Below, in pieces: positions 26,937-36,665 of a stretch of DNA of 64,000 nucleotides. Source of the DNA: Squalus acanthias (lineage: Eukaryota); the NCBI GenBank assembly GCA_030390025.1, contig JASTWF010000352.1:434001-498000 (forward strand). The letters are read 5' to 3'. Under the pieces are notes generated by a model. That model was not told the DNA's origin, did not search any database, and saw nothing but the letters and a program-made list of their open reading frames with translations. The translations under genes and the position numbers were made by a program. The stretch's first letter is position 1. Every line of letters starts with the position of its first letter.

Positions 26937-27262
26937 GACTAGAACTTTGACAGCACCTCCCAAACACACGACCTCCACCACCTAGAAGGACAAGGGCAGC
27001 AGGTGCATGGGAACACAATCACCTCCCAGTTCCCCTCCAAGTCACACACTATCCTGACTTGGGCATATATCGCCGTTCCTACATCGTCGCTGGGGCAAAA
27101 TCCTGGAACTCCTCACCTAACAGCATTCTGAGAGTACCTTCACCACACGGACTGCAGAGGTTCAAGAAGAAGGCCCAGCATCACCTTCTCAACGGGAAAC
27201 TGGGGACTGGCAATTTATGCTGGTCTTGCTAGTGACACCCACATCCAAAGAATGGATTTTTC
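26937..27262 (+). mobile_element. 3' end of an L2/CR1-group LINE
   Basis: CAGCACCTCCCAAAC..AGAAGGACAAGGGCAGCAG..TCCTGGAACTCC..TTCAAGAAG..CACCTTCTC followed by a short 3' UTR. Confidence 0.65.
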
Positions 27263-27297
27263 AAAACTGTGTATGTAAAATGGATGAAAAGCCTCTG

Positions 27298-28120
27298 CAG
27301 ACTCACCGGCAGCAGCACCGGCGGCCCTGGGTGGAGACTGAGCGAGGACACTGAGGATTTAAGCAGTGGGAGAGAGAGCGAGGCCCAGACTCACCGGCAG
27401 CAGCCCTGGGTGGAGACTGAGCGAGGACACTGAGGATTTAAGCAGTGGGAGAGAGAGCGAGGCCCAGACTCACCGGGTGCAGCGGCCCTGGGTGGAGACT
27501 GAGCGAGGACACTGAGGATTTAAGCAGTGGGAGAGAGAGCGAGGCCCAGACTCACCGGGTGCAGCGGCCCTGGGTGGAGACTGAGCGAGGACACTGAGGA
27601 TTTAAGCAGTGGGAGAGAGAGCGAGGCCCAGACTCACCGGGTGCAGCGGCCCTGGGTGGAGACTGAGCGAGGACACTGAGGATTTAAGCAGTGGGAGAGA
27701 GAGCGAGGCCCAGACTCACCGGGTGCAGCGGCCCTGGGTGGAGACTGAGCGAGGACACTGAGGATTTAAGCAGTGGGAGAGAGAGCGAGGCCCAGACTCA
27801 CCGGCAGCAGCCCTGGGTAGAGACTGAGCGAGGACACCGAGGATTTAAGCAGTGGGAGAGAGAGCGAGGCCCAGACTCACCAGCAGCAGCAGCAGTGGCC
27901 CTGGGTGGAGACTGAGCGAGGACACTGAGGATTTAAGCAGTGGGAGAGAGAGCGAGGCCCAGACTCACCGGCGGCCCTGGGTGGAGACTGAGCGAGGACA
28001 CCGAGAATTTAAGCAGTGGGAGAGAGAGCGAGGCCCAGACTCACCGGCAGCAGCCCTGGGTGGAGACTGAGCGAGGACACCGAGGATTTAAGCAGTGGGA
28101 GAGAGAGTGCGAGGCCCAGA
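27298..28120. repeat. ~82-bp minisatellite (10 copies) with a variable CAG/CGG tract
   Basis: Unit CAGACTCACCGG(..)GCCCTGGGTGGAGACTGAGCGAGGACACTGAGGATTTAAGCAGTGGGAGAGAGAGCGAGGCC. Confidence 0.95.
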
Positions 28121-29474
28121 AAATTAGTAAGTGAGTTTGGAAGGCAGAGAAAACAAGGGCTGGGAAATAGACAACAAGGCAGTTTGGCAATGCTAAATGG
28201 TGTATACTGTAATGCAAGGAGTCTAGGAAATAAGGGAGATGAGCTGAGGGCACAGATGGACACGTGGGAGTCTGATATTATCACCATTACTGAGACATGG
28301 CTGCAAGAAAGGCAGGACTGGCAGCTCAACATTCCTGGTTACAGGGTTTTCAGACCAGATCGAGAGGGGGGTAAATAAAGGAGGAGTGGGATCGCAGTAT
28401 TGATTAAAGAGACAATTACAGCTGTGAGGAGGGAGGATATGTTCGAAGGATCATCAAATGAGGCCATATGGGCTGAACTAAAGAACTAAAAAGGGGCACT
28501 CACACTGCTGGGAGTGTACGCTAGACCCCCAAACAGTCCGAGGGAGGTCGAAGAGCAAATTTGTCGGCCAAATTTCTGACAAGTGCAAAAACAATAGGTC
28601 AGTAATAGTGGGAGATTTCAATGACCCCAATATTAACTGGGATACTCCCAGTGGAAAAGGGATAGAGGGCACAGAATTCCCAAATTGCATTCTGGAGAAC
28701 TTCTTTAGCCAAGACACAGCAAGCCCAACAACAGCGGGGGCAGTTGTGGATTTGGTTTTGGGGAATGAAGCTGGGCAGGTGGAAGGAGTATCAGTGGGGG
28801 AGCATATTGGGGGCAGTGATCATAATTCCGTTAGTTTCGGCATAATTATGCATAAGGACAAAGAAAAAACAGGAGTAAGGGTTCTAAATTGGGGGAAGGC
28901 CAATTTTACAAGGTTGAGAAGTGATTTAGCAAAAGTGGACTGGAAACAGTTACTTGAAGGTAAATCAGTGTCAGAGCAGTGGGAGGCATTCAAGAGGGAG
29001 ATACATGGAGTTCAGGGTAAACATGTTCCCACAAAGAAAAAGGGTAGAACTGCTGAACTTAGAGCCCCCTGGATGACAAGGTGCATACAAGGTAAGATAA
29101 GGCAACAAAGGGAAGCCTGGATCAGATAGCGTGAATTCAATACTGCAGAAAGCCGAGAAGAGGATAGAAAGTGTAAGGGTGAAATTGAGAAGGAAATTAG
29201 GAAAGCAAAAAGAGGGCATGAAAAAAATACTGGCAAATAGAGTCAAAGAAAACCCAAAGATCTTATGGATTTTAACAGGGCTTTTGACAAAGTGCCACAT
29301 GGCAGGCTGATCAAAAAAGTAAAAGCCCATGGGATCCAAGGGAGAGTGGCAAAAACCTGCAAGGCTACGGACCAAGAGCTGGAAGGTGGGATTAGGGTGG
29401 ATAGCTCTTTGTCGGCCGGCACGGACAAGATGGGCTGAATGGCCTCCTTCGCTGTCGTAATTTTTCTATGATTC
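28110..29474 (+). mobile_element. Third CR1 LINE, internally deleted (APE, short RT piece, 3' tail)
   Basis: YCNARSL, ITETWL, GDFN, SDHN motifs; jumps near 29263 (KENPK to MDF..AFDKVPH) and near 29355 (to the 3' end); TTCTATGATTC tail. Confidence 0.9.
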
Positions 29475-29523
29475 AAATACTCCCAGGGCAAATTACAGCA
29501 CAGGTTCGATACAGACTGTCAGA

Positions 29524-29640
29524 CATGGCTCAAGCGGTAGCACTCTCGCCTCTGAGTCAGAAAGTTGTGGGTGGAAGTCCCACTCCAGAGACTTCAGCAC
29601 AAAACTCGAGGCTGCCACTCCAGTGCAGTGCTGAGGGAGT
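29524..29640 (+). mobile_element. tRNA-derived 5' head of a SacSINE1/DeuSINE-like element, 3'-truncated
   Basis: TGGCTCAAGCGGTAGCACTCTCGCCTCTGAGTCAGAAAGTTGTGGGT..AGTCCCACTCCAGAGACTT..CCAGTGCAGTGCTGAGGGAGTG, with A-box and decayed B-box. Confidence 0.7.
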
Positions 29641-30069
29641 GAAGCCCAGCGCGGAGAGAAGCCCGGGGCGGAGTACAGCCCGGCGCGGAGTAAAGCCCGG
29701 CGCGGAGCCCAGTTCCCTCTGCTCTGCTCCAACATGCCAGAGTGAAGCCCAGTACAGAGTCCAGTTCCCTCTGCTCTGCTCCATGCCAGAGTGAAGCCCA
29801 GTGCAGAGTCCAGTTCCCTCTGCTCCAACATGCCAGAGTGAAGCCCAGTGCAGAGACCAGCTCCCTCTGCTCCAACATGCCAGAGTGAAGCCCAGTGCAG
29901 AGTCCAGTTCCCTCTGCTCCAACATGCCAGAGTGAAGCCCAGTGCAGAGACCAGCTCCCTCTGCTCCAACATGCCAGAGTGAAGCCCAGTGCAGAGTCCA
30001 GTTCCCTCTGCTCCAACATGCCAGAGTGAAGCCCAGTGCAGAGTCCAGTTCCCTCTGCTCTGCTCCAAC
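29637..30069. repeat. 47-bp minisatellite preceded by 17-bp subrepeats
   Basis: Unit AACATGCCAGAGTGAAGCCCAGTGCAGAGTCCAGTTCCCTCTGCTCC, about 7 copies. Confidence 0.92.
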
Positions 30070-30089
30070 CTGCCTGAGCCTAAATTCAG

Positions 30090-30530
30090 AAGAGCGCCCT
30101 CTGCTGCATTCCCCCTGTCTCCGCAGCGAGGGGTGCAGGCGGCGGAAGTCCCGCCCTGGGACTCCCTGATTGGTTGGCGGACCCGCCGCCGCTTCAGCCC
30201 TCCAGGCTCCGCCCACCCTTTCCCTATTGGTCGGAGTGGACGTCAGTCACGGCGGCGGGATTGGTCACGTGCCCCAGTCGGGCTGCGGTCGCTCGGTGCC
30301 GGGGGAGGGAGGAGGCGCTCGGACGCTCCGGGTTGGATTTTGTTTTGATTTATCTCCTCGCGCGCGCTTCTCTCCGCGGTATATTTAAAAAAAACTCTTG
30401 AAACTCACTTTCCGCCGGTGATCCGGGCTCTCAGGCGGTGGGCTCCGAAGCATGCGCGGGGCAGGGAGTGGGCGGGGCCATGAGGCGCATGCGCAGTGTC
30501 AGCGGCGGCCGGAGCGCGGGGGCTTGTGGG
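30090..30530. promoter_or_regulatory. CpG-island promoter, possibly bidirectional
   Basis: High CpG density; ETS-like CGGAAGT 30143, GC boxes 30151/30209/30470, reverse CCAAT 30169/30226/30260, CRE-like GACGTCA 30239, E-box CACGTG 30266, NRF1 GCGCATGCGC 30485. Confidence 0.75.
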
Positions 30531-30659
30531 TATTTCAGCCAACCTGGGCAGCAGCTGGGGCTGAAAATCAGCTTCACTGCCCCTGGGCTGGGAAAGGGGG
30601 ACATGAGACAGCTTTCTCCCTCTTACCCCTTTCTACACTCCGTTTACATGGTGTTAGTC

Positions 30660-31880
30660 CTGGAGCATTTACAGACAGGAAGCTCAAACCAAACATCAGG
30701 TCAGGATCTGACAGTCGCTCCATTCCTCAGGACCTGAATATCATCGGCCTTTGCCCATGGAAGGAGAGAGCAGCGATCGCAGCGCGGACACACCGCACAA
30801 GTGTTCCGTGTGTGGACCCAGATTCTGCCGATCACCTGTCCTGGTGAGGCACGTGTACCGTCAAACCGAGGGCAAACCGGGTAAAGATGGGGACAGTGGG
30901 AAGGGATTCACTTCCCCGTCTAGGTGGGACGTTCATCGGCGCAGTCACACAGCGGACAGTCCGTTCACCTGCTCTGTGTGGTGGATTCAGTCAGACATCC
31001 AACCTGCTGACACACCAGCTTGTTCACATTGATGAGAGACCGTTTAAATGTTCTGACTGTGGGAAAAGCTTTAAAATCTCTGGGAATCTGACGAATCAGC
31101 AGCCTGCTCACACTGGAGAGAGGCCATTTCCCTGCTCCTATTTTGGGAAGGGTTTCACTCAGTCCAGCAAGTTCACACCAGGGAGAGGCCGTTCACCTGC
31201 TCCATCTGTGGGAAGGGATTCACTCACCCATCCCAGCTGCTGAGACACCAGCGAGTTCACACTGGGGAGAGACCGTTTAAATGTTCTGACTGTGGGAAGA
31301 GCTCTAAAAGCTCCTGGGAGCCGAAGGCACACCAGCGAGTTCACACCTTGAGAGGCCATTCACCTGCTGAATGTGGAAGGCAATTCAGTTGCTCATCTAA
31401 CTTACTGACACACCAGAAAGTTCGTAATGGGGAGAATCCGTTCACTGCTCTGTATGTGGAAAGGGATTCAATCGACCATCCCATTTACTGACACACCAGC
31501 ACAGTCACACCCGAGAGAGACCGTTTAGATATTTCACGTGTGGGAAGAGATTCACTCCGTTCTCCCACCTGTTGACACTCCAGAGGGTCCACATTGAGAA
31601 CAGTTGCTTTAAATACTCTGACTGTGAGAAAAGCTTTCAAAGTTCAAAGCAGCTGATGCACGATCAGCGCATTGATACTGGAGAGAGGCTGTTTCAATAT
31701 CCTGTGTGTGGGAAGAAATTCACCCCACCTGCTGAGACTCCAGTGAGTTCACAGGGGACTGCAGGGGTTTGGATTCTGTTATTAATCACATACAGGACTG
31801 AACCATGGCAGAGTGCCCGTGCACTTGGGTTTCTGTGTGAATTATTGATGAATTTTCTCTCAATGGGATCACAGAAACTC
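30660..31880 (+). pseudogene. Heavily frameshifted C2H2 ZNF pseudogene
   Basis: Leader LQTGSSNQTSGQDLT shared with the other copies; finger fragments switch frames repeatedly ([23 protein letters not shown]). Confidence 0.88.
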
Positions 31881-32348
31881 ATTCTCCATTCACTAATTGG
31901 GGCTTTCAATGTTCCCCAGCATGCCCCGCGGGGAGAATGTGCCCTATTCACACTGGAGGAGCCCAGTGCGCAGGCGCAGTGCCCGCCTGTATTTGGAGCA
32001 TGCGCAGTGTCATTGTGATCAGAGCCGGGCGAGTGTACGGAACGTAGGAAAAGCCGCAGTCACGGTTTTTGCGCCGATTACGAATCAGCAGGCGCAGGGA
32101 GGTAACACACCCAGTGGGTGAGCTTCATAAACACCTGGTGTAGGCCGCAAGCCCGAATGAGAACCTACGGGTTCCGCGTTTGCAGCTCGGAGGCTTTTTC
32201 CCAGGAACTAGGCCCGGGTTAACGGCGGCCATCTTTGTAAATGAGCGCTGAGGGTTTTTGCGTCGCCATCTTGCTTCACCGAGCGGTAGAGCGCATGCGT
32301 GGCCATCTTTGTAAAGTAGCCACGAGTGGACGTGGCTTCAGGGTCCCA
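31880..32348 (+). promoter_or_regulatory. Promoter/first-exon module of the right ZNF cassette ending at a CCA/GTGAGT donor (32349)
   Basis: NRF1-like TGCGCAGGCGCA 31967 and GCGCATGCG 32291; YY1-like GCCATCTT at ~32228, 32265 and 32302; inverted homolog of 20255-20700. Confidence 0.6.
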
Positions 32349-32858
32349 GTGAGTGAACTGAACCCAGCCAGAGTCAGCACTTTCAGGGGAGGAGAACCAG
32401 TGAGTGTAGAACTGAACCCAGCCAGAGTCAGCACCTTCAGGGGAGGAGAGGGAGGGGAACCAGTGAGTGTAGAACTGAACCCAGCCTGAGTCAGCACCTT
32501 CAGGGGAGGAGAGGGAGGGGAACCAGTGAGTGTAGAACTGAACCCAGCCAGAGTCAGCACCTTCAGGGGAGGATAGGGAGGGGAACCAGAGAGTGTAGAA
32601 CTGAACCCAGCCAGAGTCAGCACCTTCAGGGGAGGGGAGGAGAGGGAGGGGAACCAGTGAGTGTGGAAATGAACCCAGCCAGAGTCAGCACCTTCAGGGG
32701 AGGAACCAGTGAGTATGGAACTGAACCCAGCCAGAGTCAGCACCTTCAGGGGAGGAGAGGGAGGGGAACCAGAGAGTGTAGAACTGAACCCAGCCAGAGT
32801 CAGCACCTTCAGGGGAGGAGAGGGAGGGGAACCAGCGAGTGTAGAACTGAACCCAGCC

Positions 32859-33285
32859 ATAGAAACATAGAATCTAGGAGCAGGAGTAGGCCATTCGGCC
32901 CGTCGAGCCTGCTCCACCATTCAATACGATCATTGCTGATCATTCAAATCCAGTACCCTGTCCCTGCTTTAATCCCCACAGTACACATATCCCACCCTAC
33001 CCCCGTAACCCCACATATTTAATTCCCCCTAACATATCCCATCCTATCCCCATAACCCCACATATTTAATCCCCCCTAACACTAAGGGTCAATTTATCAT
33101 AGCCAAATCAACCTAACCCGCACATTTTTGGACTGTGGGAGGAAACCGGAGCACCCGGAGGAAACCCACGCAGACACGGGGAGAATGTGCAAACTCCACA
33201 CAGACAGTCACCCGAGGTCAGCTTCGAACCCAGGTCCCTGGCGCTGTGAGGCACCAGTGCTAACCACTATGCCACCGTGTTGCCC
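32859..33285 (-). mobile_element. HE1-like V-SINE, full length, with an internal ~47-bp duplication
   Basis: tRNA-like head (TGGCATAGTGGTTAG..GGGTTCGAA), V-domain GTGTGGAGTTTGCACATTCTCCCCGTGTCTGCGTGGGTTTCCTCCGG, CR1-type tail CCTGCTCCTAGATTCTATGTTTCTAT. Confidence 0.88.
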
Positions 33286-34161
33286 TGCCAGAGTCAGCAC
33301 CTTCTAGGAGGAGAGGGAGGGGAACCAGTGAGTGTGGCAATGAACCCAGCCAGAGTCAGCACTTTCAGGGTAGGAGAGGGAGGGGAACCAGTGAGTATGG
33401 AACTGAACCCAGCCAGAGTCAGCACCTTCAGGGGAGGAGAGGGAGGGGAACCAGAGAGTGTAGAACTGAACCCAGCCAGAGTCAGCACCTTCAGGGGAGG
33501 AGAGGGAGGGGAACCAGTGAGTGTAGAACTGAACCCAGCCAGGATCAGCACCTTCAGGGGAGGAGAGGGAGGGGAACCAGTGAGTGCAGAACTGAACCCA
33601 GCCAGAGTCAGCACCTTCAGGGGAGGGGAACCAGTGAGTGTAGAACTGAACCGAGCCAGAGTCAGCACCTTCAAGGGAGGAGAGGGAGGGGAACCAGTGA
33701 ATGTCGAACTGAACCCAGCCAGAGTCAGCACCTTCAGGGGAGGAGAGGGAGGGGAACCAGTGAGTGTAGAACTGAACCCAGCCAGAGTCTCCACCTTCAG
33801 GGGAGGAGAGGGAGGGGACCCAGTGAGTGCAGAACTGAACCCAGCCAGAGTCAGCACCTTCAGGGGAGGAGAGGGAGGGGAACCAGTGAGTATGGAACTG
33901 AACCCAGCCAGAGTCAGCACCTTCAGGGGAGGAGAGGGAGGGGAACCAGAGAGTGTAGAACTGAACCCAGCCAGAGTCAGCACCTTCAGGGGAGGAGAGG
34001 GAGGGGAACCAGTGAGTGTCGAACTGAACCCAGCCAGAGTCAGCACCTTCAGGGGAGGAGAGGGAGGGGAACCAGAGAGTGTAGAACTGAACCCAGCCAG
34101 AGTCAGCACCTTCAGGGGAGGAGAGGGAGGGGAACCAGTGAGTGTAGAACTGAACCCAGCC

Positions 34162-34541
34162 ATAGAAACATAGAATCTAGGAGCAGGAGTAGGCCAGTCG
34201 GCCCGTCGAGCCTGCTCCACCATTCAATACGATCATGGCTGATCATTCAAATCCAGTACCCTGTCCCTGCTTTAATCCCCACAGTACACATATCCCACCC
34301 TACCCCCGTAACCCCACGTATTTAATTCCCCCTAACACTAAGGGTCAATTTATCATAGCCAAATCAACCTAACCCGCACATTTTTGGACTGTGGGAGGAA
34401 ACCGGAGCACCCGTAGGAAACCCACGCAGACACGGGGAGAATGTGCAAACTCCACACAGACAGTCACCCGAGGTCAGCTTCGAACCCAGGTCCCTGGCGC
34501 TGTGAGGCACCAGTGCTAACCACTATGCCACCGTGTTGCCC
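34162..34541 (-). mobile_element. HE1-like V-SINE, second near-identical copy
   Basis: Same head, V-domain and tail, and the same insertion phase in the minisatellite as 32859-33285. Confidence 0.88.
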
Positions 34542-35601
34542 TGCCAGAGTCAGCACCTTCAGGGGAGGAGAGGGAGGGGAACCAGTGAGTGTGGAAATGA
34601 ACCCAGCCAGAGTCAGCACCTTCAGGGTAGGAGAGGGAGGGGAACCAGTGAGTATGGAACTGAACCCAGCCAGAGTCAGCACCTTCAGGGGAGGAGAGGG
34701 AGGGGAACCAGAGAGTGTAGAACTGAACCCAGCCAGAGTCAGCACCTTCAGGGGAGGAGAGGAAGGGGAACCAGTGAGTGTAGAACTGAACCCAGCCAGA
34801 GTCAGCACCTTCAGGGGAGGAGAGGGAGGGGAACCAGTGAGTGAACTGAACCCAACCAGAGTCAGCACCTTCAGGGGAGGAGAGGGAGGGGAACCAGTGA
34901 GTGAACTGAACCCAGCCAGAGTCAGTACCTTCAGGGGAGGAAAGGGAGGGGAACCAGTGAGTGTAGAACTGAACCCAGCCAGAGTCAGCACCTTCAGGGG
35001 AGGAGAGGGAGGGGAACCAGTGAGTGCAGAACTGAACCCAGCCAGAGTCAGCACCTTCAGGGGAGGAGAGGGAGGGGAACCAATGAGTGTAGAACTGAAC
35101 CCAGCCAGAGTCAGCACCTTCAGGGGAGGAGAGGGAGGGGACCCAGTGAGTGCAGAACTGAACACAGTCAGAGTCAGCACCCTCAGGGGAGGAGAGGGAG
35201 GGGAACCAGTGAGTGTAGAACTGAACCCAGCCAGAGTCAGCACCTTCAGGGGAGGAGAGGGAGGGGACCCAGTGAGTGCAGAACTGAACACAGTCAGAGT
35301 CAGCAGCTTCAGGGGAGGAGAGGGAGGGGAACCAGTGAGTGTAGAACTGAACCCAGCTAGAGTCAGCACCTTCAGCGAGAACGAAAATGTGTTGGAGATG
35401 GTGCGATGTGTTTGGATTTCAGCACAGGGAGGAGGGAGAGTGTGTGGGATGGAGATTTACAGCTTTGGGGGAACAAAAGAGGAAAGAATGTTCCATAGAA
35501 ACTAGAATTGTCTGTTCTGAATTTCTATCCTCTACTTAGTGATGTCTTTTGTAAACTCCTTTTACAGGCTGTGAGAAGGGGAGGATTTACAGACCGGAAA
35601 C

Positions 35602-35749
35602 TAAAAGGGGTTAAGGGTTACGGAGAGAAGGCGGGGACGGGATACTGAATTGGAGGATCAGCCATGATCTCATTAAATGGCAGAGCAGGCTCGAAGGGCC
35701 GGATGGCCTACTCCTGCTCCTATCTTCTATGTATCTATGTATCTATGTA
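35602..35749 (+). mobile_element. Short CR1 3' tail inserted in the ZNF exon leader
   Basis: Similar to 23765-23904; ends (TCTATGTA)x3; absent from the inverted copy near 19465-19475. Confidence 0.88.
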
Positions 35750-36074
35750 TCAAACATCATTTTAAGATCTGACAGAGTCACTCCATTCATCAGGACCTGA
35801 ATATCATCGGCCTTTGAATGTGGAAGGAGAAATGTTTGTCTGTTTTGTCTGTGGGAAAAGATTTCAAACATCAGTGTGACTGGAAAAGCACCGAGACACA
35901 CACACCCGAGTGAGAGTGTTCCAGTGCACTGACTGTGGAAAGAGCTTTAACCAGTTACACAGCCTGAAAAAACATCGCACCGTTCACAGCGGGGAGAAAC
36001 CGTACACGTGTTCTGTGTGTGAACGAGGCTTCAACTGATCGTCCAACCTGGAGAGACACAAGGACACCCGCACC

Positions 36075-36665
36075 ATGGAGAAACCGTGGAAATGTGGTGA
36101 CTGTGGGAAGGGATTCAATTACTCGTCCCAGCTGGAAGCTCATCAACGCAGTCACACTGGGGAGAGACTGTTCACCTGCTCTGTGTGTGGGTACAGATTC
36201 GCTTGGTCATCCCACTTGCTGACACACAAGAGACTTCACACTGGGGAGAGGCCGTTCACCTGCTCTGTGTGTGGGTACAGATTCGCTCGGTCATCCCACT
36301 TGCTGACACACAAGAGACTTCACACTGGGGAGAGGCCGTTCACCTGCTCTGTGTGTGGGAAGGGATTCACTAACTCCTCCAGCCTCACTTCACACCAAAG
36401 TGTTCACACTGATAAGAGACCTTTTAAATGTTCTGAGTGTGAGAAGAGCTTTAAAAGCACAAGGGATCTTCTGACACACCGGCGAGTTCACACTGGGGAG
36501 TGGCCGTTCACCTGCTCCCTGTGTGGGAACGGTTTCACTCAGTCATCCCAGCTGCTGACACACGAGCAAGTTCACACTGGGGAGAGACCGTTCACCTGCT
36601 CTGAGTGTGGGAAGGGATTCGTTCAGTCATCCACCCTGCTGAGACACCAGCGAGTTCACAAGTGA
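36075..36665 (+). CDS. C2H2 zinc-finger protein, 196 aa, 7 tandem fingers, no KRAB domain seen
   Basis: ATG in ACCATGG context, 7 intact CxxC-12-HxxxH fingers with TGERPF-type linkers, upstream acceptor TTTTACAG at 35567; expression unknown. Confidence 0.8.
   Translation: MEKPWKCGDCGKGFNYSSQLEAHQRSHTGERLFTCSVCGYRFAWSSHLLTHKRLHTGERPFTCSVCGYRFARSSHLLTHKRLHTGERPFTCSVCGKGFTNSSSLTSHQSVHTDKRPFKCSECEKSFKSTRDLLTHRRVHTGEWPFTCSLCGNGFTQSSQLLTHEQVHTGERPFTCSECGKGFVQSSTLLRHQRVHK

Larger units (their letters stand above)
32346..35374 (+). repeat. 63-bp intronic minisatellite, expanded, interrupted by two SINEs
   Basis: Same unit as 19705-20252; translates as LNPARVSTFRGGEGGEPVSVE repeats. Confidence 0.95.

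Noticed and set aside
29524..29600. tRNA genes (also at 33210-33285 and 34470-34541)
   Set aside because: tRNA-like heads continue into SINE bodies; no complete cloverleaf or terminator seen
33277..35505. 298-354 aa ORFs over the 63-bp repeat (also 19546-20458) as ZNF N-terminal domains
   Set aside because: Open on both strands because the unit is 21 codons; they end before the splice acceptor and are interrupted by SINEs
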